Part shown: positions 51,077-63,183 of the stretch, piece by piece
Layout: every line of letters begins with the position of its first letter
Position numbering within the stretch: the first letter of the stretch is position 1
Origin: Heptranchias perlo
Lineage: Eukaryota
Direction: 5' to 3'
DNA length: 64,000 bases
Assembly (NCBI RefSeq): GCF_035084215.1
Contig: NC_090327.1
Location: forward strand, 117,862,001 to 117,926,000
The notes under the pieces: model-generated
Seen by the model: only the letters and a program-made list of their open reading frames with translations
Database searches by the model: none
Told to the model about the DNA's origin: nothing
Made by a program: the position numbers and the translations under genes

Positions 51077-52324
51077 ATGGGTGGTGCGTTGACATCCTCG
51101 GAGGACGAACAGCATGACCAGCCCCAGCAGCCTCACAGTCCACGCCGTCCGCCTCAGCGATGTGGAGCCCCCCAACATGGTGCTGTGGCACACCCACCTG
51201 CACAGCAGGAGGGAGGGCAACCGCAGAGAGAGATGCATCGCAGGAGGCACTACCCTCCGCACAGGGTGTACAGAGCGAGGCTCAGCTTCATGGACCTTTC
51301 CGAGGAGCAGTGCATACGGCGGCTCAGAGTCAATCGCCAGGTAGTCGCCGACATCTGCAGCCTCCTTAACGACGAGCTGCTCCCGGATGGACCAAGCAGC
51401 GTCTTCTTACCTGTCACCGTCAAAGTCACCACTGCCCTCAACTTCTTCGCATCCGGATCCTTCCAGGGTGCCACCAGGGACATCACCGGGGTCTGTCAGT
51501 CCTCTGCACACAAGTGCATAAGGCAGGTCACCGATGGGTTGTTCCGCAGGGCCTCGCACTACATCAACTTCGCCATGGACGAGCGCAGCCAGATGGAGAG
51601 GGCGGTTGGATTCCATGCCATGGCTGGCTTCCCACGGGTACAGGGTGTAATCGACTGCACCCACATCGCAATACGGGCACCTCCGCATGAGCCAGGGCTG
51701 TTCATCAACAGGAAGGGGTATCACTCCATGAACGCCCAGCTCATCTGTGACCACCGCCAGAGATTCCTACACGTGTGCGCCAGATACCCCGGCAGCTGCC
51801 ACGATGACTTCGTCCTCAGGGAGTCCACCATCCCGCCCCTCTTCCACGCACCCAACACCGGCAACGGCTGGCTCCTCGGCGACAAGGGGTATCCCCTACA
51901 CACGTGGCTCATGACACCTCTGAGGAACCCCATCACCGAGCCGGAGCGTCGGTACAATGACAGCCACACTGCTACCAGGTCTACAATTGGGCAGACCATA
52001 GGGCTGCTCAAGATGCGCTTCAGGTGCCTTGATCGTTCTGGGGGAGCGCTCCAATACACACCATTCAGAGTGGGACGAATCATAGTTGTCTGCTGTGCCC
52101 TGCACAACATGGCCCAACAGAGAGGGGTGCCGCTGGAGGAGGCCCCATCAACACCCGCCACCCACATTGAGGACGGCGATGAGGACGAGGAGGTGGAGGT
52201 GGAGGAGGAGGAGGGGGAGGAGGAGGATGCGCCAGAGGATGATGTATGACCCATGCGCCGAACCCCGGCTCACCGGGATGCTCGCCGGGCCAGGGAGGCA
52301 CTCATATGTCGACAGTTCTCCTAG
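51077..52324 (+). CDS. Harbinger (HARBI1-like, DDE_Tnp_4) transposase; in-frame TGA at 52247-52249 and third catalytic position read as Gly
   Basis: GFPRVQGVIDCTH, NRKGYHSMN, ARYPGSCHD, WLLGDKGYPL, RSTIGQTIGLLKMRFRCL, CCALHN, acidic tract; the frame continues past the TGA to AREALICRQFS* (TAG 52322-24). Confidence 0.9.
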
Positions 52325-52622
52325 AGTCAGACACTGCGAGGCGCTCGCATCTCCTCACCTGCACATGCGAGGGCCCATACCCGCCCCCTCCACCGAAGAG
52401 TGTTGCCAGTACTCCTGCACCCACAGCAGTGTGCCCAATGGGTGGCAGCAGGTGTCCGCCGTCACGATGGGCTGCACGGAACGCACCTATTGCACAGGCC
52501 GCAGAAGAATGGACGAGAGGTGGCAGGAGTGGTGAGAATATAGTGTTTAATATGTACATGGTGCAATACTATAAACAAAAAGTGTACAAATTAACAGACA
52601 CCCTGGTGCATTCCCTTTGTGC

Positions 52623-53620
52623 TTATAATGCCTTTGGCTTTCGTTTCCGGGTACCCCTACGTGGTGCTACCCCTGTGGCTCCAGCAGAGGTAGTGGCAGG
52701 TTGCTCCTGTTCTTGCCCTGACCGGGTAGATGCTTTGGGCCGACGGCCCCTGGGTTTCGGTGCCCGTGAGGGCACCTCCACAGACTGCTCCTCCTGCACC
52801 TGTGCAGGGGCAGACTCGGCCACCTGGAGAGGAGGCACCATTGCGGGTACTGGTTGAGAGGGGAGCAACGGGTGGGACGTGGGGGCACCTTGGGTAGCGT
52901 CCCCGCTTCCATGTCCCCGTTCACCATCATCCCTCTCGTGGCCTCGGCCCACATCACCCCTTCCACCCTGCTGGACCACAGTTTGGATGACCTGTGTGAG
53001 GCCTTGCAAGGCCACCCCTAGTGTATCCGTCAGCCTGTTTATGGCGGCGGAATGTTGCTCACCCTGAATCCGTACAGCCGTTGTCAGGGCCTGCACGGAC
53101 TCGATGTGGAGCTGTGCGTGACGCTCGAGGGAGGCTAGCCTGTCCTCCACCACAGACGCTCCCGCACCTACCCGCGACACTGTGTCGCCGGTACCCTCCT
53201 GTGCCTGCGCCACCAATGCCCGCATGCAGGAGTTGGACTCCTCCATCACCTGCGCAATTGTGGACAATGCGCGCGGCACCTCTCCCAGTACCTCGGCAAT
53301 TAGATGGTGCCCCTCGACGACTCTCCTTTTGACTGGTGGCCCCCTGGGTTCAGCATCTGGGTCCGGCTGAGCAGAGCCTGGAGATGAGTGCTCCCACCGA
53401 CGCGGACCCTCCACGGCTGCCCCTGCCACCAGGGTCTGCTCATGCTCACACGTGCGCGGTGAATCACCAAGTGCAACCCCAACTAGTTGGCGAGGGGGAC
53501 CCACCGAGGTGCCTGTCTCTGCGCTGGTGGATGGTTGGCTCATATGTGACGATGCACCCTCAGAGACCGGCATGTCCTCTGAGGAATCGCCCTCCTCGCA
53601 CACAGCGCTCGCAGACGGCC
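52623..53620 (-). CDS. Harbinger Myb/SANT protein exon 3
   Basis: ttgcag|GG CCG TCT... in phase 1 with exon 2; open to RRGTRKRKPKAL*. Confidence 0.75.
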
Positions 53621-53736
53621 CTGCAAGAGAACAGAGGGCACTATGAGGCATGTACACAAACGTTACGGTGTGCCTGATGCCAGGTGATGATACGGTCACC
53701 CGCGATCATGAATGTTGAGTGTCAGCTTTCCCTTAC

Positions 53737-53896
53737 CTGCCGTTTCTGCAGCGCCAGACTTGCCATCCGCAACAGAGAGGCAATGTGGCGTGCCGGCGAG
53801 GTCGAGCGCCTCCACCTCCGCATCCGTCAGTTCGACCACGTGCAGCGGGCCCCCTCCGGTGCGGGCCCTTTCTCGGTTGTTCTTGCATCTCTTCTC
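53737..53896 (-). CDS. Harbinger Myb/SANT protein exon 2
   Basis: ttgacag|EKRCKNNRERARTGGGPLHVVELTDAEVEALDLAG...|gtaagg; the TGGG motif is typical of these proteins; 160 nt. Confidence 0.8.
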
Positions 53897-54220
53897 CTGT
53901 CAAGGCAAAACACAGATGCGTGAGTGAGTGCATATTGCATAGTGAGACGCATCAAGCATCGGTGTGGGTGGGTTGAGCGTGGGGCAGATGGATGGGAGGA
54001 TGCGTGTGCCACATGCCCATCCCATTGCATGGGGATTGGGGTGTGTGGTAGTGTTCGGGTGGGGACAGGGACGGTGGGTACTCGCGGGCACGGCGAGGAT
54101 AGTGAGTGAGTGGCTGTGAGGATTGCTGTGGGAGCGCTGTGGTGGCTCTGCTGGAGGGGTTGTGATCTGTTTGGCGTGATGGTGGGGACGGGTTGTGGGA
54201 GGGTGCGTTGGTGTACTCAC

Positions 54221-54460
54221 CTTGCCGGACCTAGTGAGGTCATTGAACCGCTTGCGGCACTGCTCCTATGTCCTGGGGGTGTTGGCCCTGCTGCTGACCT
54301 CCGCCACCACCTTTGCCCATGCCTTCCTGGTGACGGAGCCAGGGCACTTGCGTCCGTCCGCTGGGAACAGCGTGTCCCTCCTCCTCCTCACACCCTCCAG
54401 CAGCAGCTGCAGCGCGAGGTCGGAGAAGCGTGGCGCAGCCTTGCCCCTGGGTTGCACCAT
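54221..54460 (-). CDS. Harbinger Myb/SANT protein exon 1 (in-frame TAG at 54268-54266)
   Basis: MVQPRGKAAPRFSDLALQLLLEGV...AWAKVVAEVS...RT*EQCRKRFNDLTRSGK|gtgagt; 240 nt. Confidence 0.85.
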
Positions 54461-56449
54461 CCTGTGTTGCCTCTAGCTTGCAGCAGGAGGGGCTTTGGGG
54501 GACTGCCCCTTTAAGTGGAGCTCCTCCATCGCGAAAACGGTAGTGCGCATGCGCAGCCCGCCGGCACGCAGCTGGGGAGCGGAGAACCCGGAACCACGGC
54601 TTAATGTGCTCAATTATCCCGCGATCGCGCGGGGGGCGCACTCAATTAGCCGTCCGCGTTTTCCACGCTCCCGAAGGACCACCCGCTGGGAACCCGCAGG
54701 CCTGCTAAAATCGGGCCCCTTGTGTCATAGAATCTTGATGCTACGAGAAGAGCCATCTCAGTCCTCAGCTAATTCTTAGGTCAGCCTGCAGCAGCTGAAT
54801 TAGGTCGATCACTGCTTTTACACTGAAGCACAGGCGCCAAAGACAGATCTCCTCTGACACATAACCCCATGTCGGAGTGGCATAGTCTGTAAATACAGGA
54901 TTTGTGGTACTGAGTGGAGTGCACATTGGGGTGTCTGTGGACCTGGAGATATCGGCTCCCATCCTCAGCCAATTCCTGCAGCACGACGGGAATCCTGACA
55001 GGAGGTCCCAGCCCCTTATGTTGATGGTCATACAGGGGTGGGGGGAGGGGTAAGAGGGGGACAGGGAGGGTTCGTACCACAAGGCCACGCAGGAAACATA
55101 GCCTCACGACTGGGATCTGATGCATCTGGATCCCAGTGAAGTTTCCATCTGATCTAGCGGACTCCCACTGAGGTTGTGGCAGGTGTCCACCACAACGGCT
55201 GCACATTTTTGGCCCCAAGACCAATTTTGAAGTACCACCATCACCAATTTTAAAAATAGAATTATAAGTTCTATGATAATCATGGAAAAGATAGATCGAG
55301 AGGGATAGAGAGATAATTGTGTATCTCTCACGCCTCCAGTCACCATACGCGAGTGTTTGTCACACTTGCACCTGATTGGATCAAATACCATTTTCATAAA
55401 AAGATACTGAATCTGTATCACATCTACAAGGAATGGTGAACACCAGCAGGGCTACTGCACCATTATTTTACTCTTTTCACTAGAGACTCCATGAGACCAT
55501 CGTTAGACTGACAGATCACACCTGAATAGGCACAGATAAATAGCAAACAGGAACGGAAACCACCAATCAAGAATGAGCATTCAGCAACCACCTACCAATA
55601 CAAATGGGCAAATCGATGAAATGGGTCAAAATATTTTTTGAAAATCATTTTTTGGCAGCCATCTTTATTTGTCAATCACCTCAGGAGAGAGTCTAATAAT
55701 AAGAATTCTAATGGGAAAAAGATTTTTAAAAATTCACAATAATATCAATAAACTGACCGGCACGGTTTATTTTTGTGGGTTCGAATATCCTCATGAATGT
55801 TGTTTGGGGGCCTGTCCCTGTGTTAGAAGCCTGGTATTTCAGTTTTGCTGCTTCCCCAAGTCCCTGAGTGAAATAGCTCGAGTCAAGCAGCCAATTCCCA
55901 TGTCGTATTGGTGGACTACAAGCCCCAGACTGCATTGAAGATGACCTTGTTCTCTTCTTTGTGTGTATTGGACAGGGAGGGTTGGGAATACACTGCCTGT
56001 GAATGCGTGGGTGCCCGAGACAGGGGGAGAGAAGTTGCAGATCTTCTATTAAGAACAGCAGCCAGGATTATGGCCTGGTCCTCTATTTAAATGCAGCCCC
56101 CTTATAAAAGGTGGTCAGTGGTGAGGGGAGGGAAATCACTCCTTTCAGGGAGGGGCCCCTGATAGCCAGCCACTCTCTTCCACCGCAAGTTTCAACTTCT
56201 TCGGTGGGTGGACTCCCCTAGTTGCGTGAGCACCCGCCATTGCCATTCAAATTAAGCAAACTCACCTTGACCCCCTCAAATATTGGCATGGGGCAGCGGC
56301 GGAGTTTCCTGGGTGGGCACACTTATGCAGAGATGTATCCCTTCCCCCTACCCCATCCCTGTGGGTTTTCAGTCCCATAATCTCCAGTCTCCTCTGCTGC
56401 TGTAAAGCGTAAGCAATAGAACCAGTAAACGGTCCAAGAGGGCCAATAG

Positions 56450-56641
<192 letters not shown>

Positions 56642-57135
56642 TAAGTATGTTTTCAGTGACAGACTTCCAAAAACATGGTTACACATCACTTCCCAAATTC
56701 AATAACATCTAAGGCTCCATGGCTGGAGGATTTGACGCCTTATCCTCACGCTTCATTTGTTCTTCTTCAGTTTCCGGACCCTTTTTACAGCATGTAGCCT
56801 CCCAGCCAGCAACACATTGCTTCTGCTGCTGCTGCTGTTGCTGGTAAGACGAGATTAATGTGACACACGAGCCCAAGGACTTTACATATAAAACAAAGAC
56901 TCCAGACTGAACAGGAGATTAAAGCCAGGGGTATAGTGCACCAAGTGGTGCTGCAGCCGATGCAGGGCACTAGCTGTCTGAGACCATCTCTTCCAGGTGC
57001 TCGTCCTGCCTGTGCCAAATCCGCACTGTGACTTTGGCAGAGCGGTACTCAAAATTGTAGTGTCAGCTTGATACAAAAACATAAGTGCAACACTAATGCT
57101 AACTTGTGATTAGCTTGGGCAAGAGGAGTTGAGGT

Positions 57136-57420
57136 GGAGAGATTAGAGAGTGACACAGAGTGATGGGGTAACTGTCCAGCGGAGAGATCAGAGAGTGACA
57201 CAGTGCTGGATAACTGTCCAGTGGAGAGATCAGAGAGTGACACAGAGTGATGGGGTAACTGTCCAGCGGAGAGATCAGAGGGTGACACAGTGCTGGATAA
57301 CTGTCCAGCGGAGAGATCAGAGAGTGACACAGAGTGATGGGGTAACTGTCCAAGATCAGAGAGTGACACAGTGCTGGATAACTATCCAGTGGAGAGATCA
57401 GAGAGTGGTACAGAGTGCTG
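57136..57420. repeat. Minisatellite with alternating 45/42-bp units (87-bp dimer)
   Basis: GGAGAGATCAGAGAGTGACACAG followed alternately by AGTGATGGGGTAACTGTCCAGC or TGCTGGATAACTGTCCAGT. Confidence 0.85.
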
Positions 57421-57653
57421 TCTAAGTGGAGAAACACTTAAGCATCTGCAACACCAAAGGCAGCATCTGGAAGATGAAAGTGACCAGATGTTTTCGCAAA
57501 TAGTCTTGTTAGCCGTGGAACTGTAAATAAGTCTGATTTTCCTTGGTCTGATTGTTTGGTGGGCTGCACCTTTCATTCACCGATGCTGCCTTGGTCTGTG
57601 GTTCTATTGGCAACATAATATAGTAATGTCAGTGAGAAGATGCTGCAAAAAAA

Positions 57654-57785
57654 TGCTGTCTGAAGGCAGTGTCCATCCAGTGCTGTCTGAAGGCAGTGTC
57701 CATCCAGTGCTGTCTGAAGGCAGTGTCCATCCAGTGCTGTCTGAAGGCAGTGTCCATCCAGTGCTGTCTGAAGGCAGTGTCCAAT
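57654..57785. repeat. 27-bp tandem repeat, ~5 copies
   Basis: TGCTGTCTGAAGGCAGTGTCCATCCAG. Confidence 0.92.
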
Positions 57786-58369
57786 GCTGGCTTATTACTC
57801 AGATTCAGCAGGTAATTGTAGTTTAACGAGTTACATAATGAGATGGTGCAGCTGACTCCGTTTTTGGACAAGGTGAGGTTGCCAGTCAGCTTTGTAGAAT
57901 GTTTATCTTGGAGATTTCTGAGATACTGAGGCATGAAGAGTCAGATTCATCTGCCCATCCTTCCTGGATGAAAAATTCTATAAATACACATTAATATATA
58001 AAACCAGCTGTTCAAACCAGTTCACTCTAGAGATACGTGTGGAGCAGTGGAATTATTCAAATAGCGATAGAAGGCCTTCTTTGAATATTATGAGCTTTCT
58101 GCTCAAACTGGCCTATCTTTGCTGGAACATATATCTGATTCACTTCAATTTGACAAACCTAGGAAACAAATGAAACTCTAAAATTAATATAGCCATAGCA
58201 GCCTAAAGGAACACTGGATGTGCACAGACTCAACTGTGCAGTGAGGTGTGAATGATGGCGGAGATTGCATGGTGCCTGCTCAACTCATTCACAGCACTGT
58301 AAAACCACAGATTCCAATAAACATGTATTCTGTGTACATGAGGCAACAGTGCTGTGTATGTACATGAGG

Positions 58370-58660
58370 CAACTTGCCTTTATAGAGCACTGTCAAGGTA
58401 GGAAAGGCGTGTCACAGGAGTGCAACAACACAAAAATTGACACGACACATGTCTTAGATGTGACTAAAAGCTTGCTCAGAGGTAAGATTTAACGAGGAGG
58501 GAGAGGTGGAGAGAAAGAGACATATAGGGAGGGAATTCCAGAGCTTAGGGCCTAGTCAGCTGAAAGCATGGCCTCCAATGATGGGACAAAGGGAGTGGGG
58601 AATGTACAAGAGGCTAGGGTTGGAGGAACGTAGATTTCCTGGAGGGTTGTAGGGCTGGAG
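58370..58660 (-). mobile_element. L2-type 3' fragment
   Basis: caacttgcctttatagagc...gggagggaattccagagcttagggcctag. Confidence 0.7.
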
Positions 58661-58682
58661 AACTGCATACACTCAATGTACA

Positions 58683-60697
58683 TACATGGATGACTCGGGA
58701 GATTGAGGCCCTAGTCAAAAAGAAGAAAGAGGCATATGACATGCATAGGCAGCTGGGATCAAGTGGATCCCTTGAAGAGTATAGAGATTTCCAGAGTAGA
58801 GTTAAGAGAGAAATCAGGAGGGCAAAAAGGGGACATGAGATTGCTTTGGCAGATAAGGCAAAGGAGAATCCAAAGAGCTTCTACAAATACATAAAGGGCA
58901 AAAGAGTAACTAGGGAGAGAGTAGGGCCTCTTAAGGATCAACAAGGTCATCTATGTGCGGAACCACAAGAGATGGGTGAGATCCTGAATGAATATTTCAC
59001 ATCGGTATTTACGGTTGAGAAAGGCATGGATGTTAGGGAACTTGGGGAAATAAATAGTGATGTCTTGAGGAGTGTACATATTACAGAGAGGGAGGTGCTG
59101 GAAGTCTTAACGCGCATCAAGGTAGATAAATCTCCAGGACCTGATGAAATGTATCCAGGACGTTATGGGAGGTTAGGGAGGAAATTGCGGGTCCCCTAGC
59201 AGAGATGTTTGAATCATCGACAGCTACAGGTGAGGTGCCTGAAGATTGGAGGGTAGCAAATGTTGTGCCTTTGTTTAAGAAGGGCGGCAGGGAAAAGCCT
59301 GGGAACTACAGACCGGTGAGCCTGACATCTGTAGTGGGTAAGTTGTTAGAGGGTATTCTGAGGGACAGGATCTACAGGCATTTGGAGAGGCAGGGACTGA
59401 TTAGGAACAGTCAGCATGGTTTTGTGAGAGGAAAATCATGTCTCACGAATTTGATTGAGTTTTTTGAAGGGGTAACCAAGAAGATAGATGAGGGCTGTGC
59501 AGTAGACGTGGTCTACATGGACTTCAGCAAAGCCTTTGACAAGGTACCGCATGGTAGGTTGTTACATAAGGTTAAATCTCATGGGATCCAAGGTGAGGTA
59601 GCCAATTGGATACAAAATTGGCTTGACGACAGAAGGTGGTTGTAGAGGGTTGTTTTTCAAACTGGAGGCCTGTGACCAGCGGTGTGCCTCAGGGATCGGT
59701 GCTGGGTCCGCTGTTATTTGTTATTTATATTAATGATTTGGATGAGAATTTAGGAGGCATGGTTAGTAAGTTTGCAGATGACACCAAGATTGGTGGCATT
59801 GTGGACAGTGAAGAAGGTTATCTAGGATTGCAACGGGATCTTGATAAATTGGGCCAGTGGGCCGATGAATGGCAGATGGAGTTTAATTTAGATAAATGTG
59901 AGGTGATGCATTTTGGTAGATCGAATCGGGCCAGGACCTACTCCGTTAATGGTAGGGCGTTGGGGAGAGTTATAGAACAAAGAGATCTAGGAGTACAGGT
60001 TCATAGCTCCTTGAAAGTGGAGTCACAGGTGGATAGGGTGGTGAAGAAAGCATTCGGCATGCTTAGTTTCATTGGTCAGAACATTGAATACAGGAGTTGG
60101 GATGTCTTGTTGAAGTTGTACAAGACATTAGTAAGGCCACACTTGGAATACTGTGTACAGTTCTGGTCACCCTATTATAGAAAGGATATTATTAAACTAG
60201 AAAGAGTGCAGAAAAGATTTACTAGGATGCTACCGGGACTTGATGGTTTGACTTATAGGGAGAGGTTAGATAGACTGGGACTTTTTTCCCTGGAGAGTAG
60301 GAGGTTAAGGGGTGATCTTATAGAAGTCTATAAAATAATGAGGGGCATAGATAAGGTAGATAGTCAAAATCTTTTCCCAAAGGTAAGGGAGTCTATAACG
60401 AGAGGACATAGATTTAAGGTGAGAGGGGAGAGATACAAAAGGGTCCAGAGGGGCAATTTTTTCACTCAAAGGGTGGTGAGTGTCTGGAACGAGCTGCCAG
60501 AGGCAGTAGTAGAGGCGGGTACAATTTTGTCTTTTAAAAAGCAATTGGACAGTTACATGGGTAAGATGGGTATGGAGGGATATGGGCCAAGTGCAGGCAA
60601 TTGGGACTAGCTTAATGGTATAAACTGGGCGACATGGACATGTTGGGCCGAAGGGCCTGTTTCCATGTTGTAACTTCTATGATTCTATGATTCTATG
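58683..60697 (+). mobile_element. Young 5'-truncated CR1 LINE (ORF2 RT domain to 3' microsatellite tail)
   Basis: Three abutting ORFs (58690-59199, 59205-59645, 59636-60610) with PGNYRPVSLTS, YMDFSKAFDKVPH, GVPQGSVLGP, FADD, PHLEYC; ends (TTCTATGA)n; two frameshifts. Confidence 0.93.
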
Positions 60698-61473
60698 AGA
60701 CAATAGCACCATGTACTACAAGTGTACAGAGGCAGTAGGACTGCATAATTTCAAGCTGTAGTAACCCATTGGTCCTTCTACCCGGCCCTTATCTAATGTA
60801 CCAGAAGATTCCCAAGATCAATTTCTAAATCTAAAAGCCCTGCTAGAGACAGGATCTTCTCTCATCCCTTATTGAAGTCTGTCATCATTGTCTAAATTCC
60901 ATCCCCTCTGCTGGTATTCTGTGCCACAAATTCATGATATTTTTAGTGAAAACATTTTGCCCAAATTTTCCATTCTACATTTGAAACTCTGAACCCTTGA
61001 TTTTGCATTTTGTATACAGCAGCTGTAAATTGCCTGGAAGTCAGAATCATAAAATGATACAGCACAAAAGCTGGCCATTCGGCCCATCATGCCTGTGGTG
61101 AGCTATCCAATTAGTCCCACTCCCCCAGCTCTTTCCCCATAGCCCTGCAAATTTTTGCCCAGTGGATAACACTGCAGAATGAGACTTGGCCAGCACTGAA
61201 TAGCTGAATTATATCTTCATTTTTTTTGAATGGTGTTGTGTAGGTTGGGTTTGGAAATGATGCAGCTGATAAAGTTGGTAATGTAATGAAGCAAAGGATG
61301 TCGATGAATGGGGCTGACAGGGAGAGAGATGCTATCTTACCCAACATCAAACAACTGAAATGGTTGCACTGATTATCGACGTGGTCTCTCCGAACTGAAT
61401 TCTCACCTGCTTTTTCTGGAAGTTGACATTCAGCAGCTCTCACCTCCTTTAATAGCATCTCTTTCTTCCATAG

Positions 61474-61675
61474 GTTTCCTGCGCATGCTGTCTCACTCTT
61501 ACAGTCTGGATGTTTACAGAGCATGTTGCTGAGGTCCCTACACATGGACAGGGAGTTCTGGGACAGTCACAATGGGATCAAAGGGCTGAAGAAGCTGGTT
61601 CAGATCATAGAGAAAAGGGCCCAATTACTGCTGGACTACATCCTGGAGAAAAATATCAAATTAGTTCAGGATTAA
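61474..61675 (+). CDS. GASK1A: GASK1A last coding exon
   Basis: ttccatag|(E)FPAHAVSLLQSGCLQSMLLRSLHMDREFWDSHNGIKGLKKLVQIIEKRAQLLLDYILEKNIKLVQD*; phase matches the previous exon. Confidence 0.94.
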
Positions 61676-62250
61676 TGAGAACACAACGCAGACTGGAGTT
61701 TAAAGTGGGACGGGATTGAATTCCACCACCGATTGTTTTGAAACCAGAGATGGAAGCCTAATCTAGGAAATAAGTGCTCAATTTTTCATGTTCTGTACAT
61801 CCTGGGAGTACTGGAGCTGTTGGTATCTCTGAAGACAAACAGATAGCAAATCCAGCATTTCGAGGCTTGTTATAACTTTGTTTTAAGGCACGTGGACACG
61901 CTGGATAGTCACCGAGAATTCTCCAGGGAAAGCAGTGGGGAAGGGACTTTTGTCAGCCTGGTGTTTGCACCCCCCTCACCCCGGCCCACTTCCCTAGGTC
62001 AGGGACATTGAGATGTTTCAGATGGGCGCAGCTGGGGCACCACCTCAAGTGGGGGTGAGGCAGGGGCCGGGGGGGTGGGGACACAACGGCGTAGGCTAAT
62101 CGGTTGTGCCAGTCAAATTGTTCTGTGATTGACTGCAGTAGGGAAACAAGGCATTTAAAACTTAACACCTCACCCGCAAACCCCTCCACCCCCAACCCGC
62201 TGGCCCTTAGCAACATAGACAGTTGTCCCTTGTGCCCAGTGTTGCTAGTA

Positions 62251-62256
62251 AATAAA
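62251..62256 (+). promoter_or_regulatory. GASK1A: Candidate GASK1A poly(A) signal (alternative at 63789-63794)
   Basis: AATAAA ~575 nt downstream of the stop; motif only. Confidence 0.35.
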
Positions 62257-62779
62257 TTATGGGATATGCATCGTATGATGTATTTTCCTCATTTTGCGTA
62301 ATGCTGCCGATGGAATTTCAGGGCCACTGTTAGTAAACTAGACCACACACTGAAATCTATCACCTATAATACAGTGTGTGAAAGAACCAAATCGGTATGT
62401 TTGGAATATGCTTATAATTAATATCAGTTCTATTCAGATCGTCCATGTAAGGCTTTGGATCTGATGAGTGGCCAAACCAGAAATGTATTTTGACCCACTT
62501 CATTCATGAGTTCTGGTATATTGCCATCTCAAAAGCACAAAGAACAACTTTATGTCTCATCGAAACAGCTAGATTTATTTGAGAAAGTCTACATGTGAGA
62601 TTTTAAGCTTAAAAAACGCTTTGCGAAATTGTCCTCTGCGCCTGTACATTGTGTACTGATTCCCTGTAATCTGCATTTGAGATCGACCCCATTTAAAATA
62701 TAGCAGAGAAAGAGCTACTAGTGGGATATAGAGTAGAAGCCAACCTTTCTCAGAAAGTAGCCGTCAACAAAGGGACTCA

Positions 62780-63183
62780 TAGAAACACAGAAACATAGAA
62801 AAAAGGAGCAGCAGTAGGCTGCTCCGCCATTCAATATGATCGTGGCTGATCCTCTATCTCAATACCATATTCCCGCTCTCTCCCCATACCCCTTGATGCC
62901 TTCTGTGTCTAGAAATCTATCTAGCTCCTTCTTAAATATATTCAGTGACTTGGCCTCCACAGCCTTCTGTGGTAGAGAATTCCACAGGTTCACAACCCTC
63001 TGAGTGAAGAAATTTCTCCTCATCTCAGTCCTAAATGTCCTACCCTGTATCCTGAGACTGTGATCCCTCGTTCTGGACCCCCCAGCCAGGGGAAACATCC
63101 TCCCTGCATCCAGTCTGTCTAGCCCTGTCAGAATTTTATATGTTTCAATGCGATCCCCTCTCGTTCTCCTAAACTCGAGTGAA
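62780..63183 (-). mobile_element. CR1 3' end
   Basis: SLEFRRTRGDRIETYKIL...RNFFTQRVVNLWNSLP; catagaaa repeat tail. Confidence 0.85.

Larger units (their letters stand above)
50535..54718. mobile_element. Full-length two-gene PIF/Harbinger DNA transposon (~4.2 kb)
   Basis: TIRs GGGCTCGATTTTACCAG / CTGCTAAAATCGGGCCC; CTT TSD (50532-34, 54719-21); convergent transposase (+) and Myb/SANT (-) genes. Confidence 0.95.
49030..54900 (-). pseudogene. Ancient Harbinger transposase fossil, split by a younger Harbinger (50535-54718) and an L2 (~49400-50298)
   Basis: Minus-strand pieces in correct order: SEEICLWRLCFSVKAVIDLIQLLQADL (~54860-54780); RFYDT|RSLSATAEDIC*ISKSSVNSYIKQVTDAMF...GFPRVQSIIDGTHVAIEAP (54735|50531-50300); LNTQVV...INARYPGSSRDSFILQQSTVPGLF (49400-49283); frameshifted WL(L)GNKG (~49040-49057). 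Confidence 0.8.

Noticed and set aside
51077-52324. Domesticated host HARBI1 gene (or NAIF1/MSANTD for the Myb ORF)
   Set aside because: Flanked by TIRs and a TSD, intronic, has related derivatives nearby and carries inactivating lesions; it is a transposon copy.
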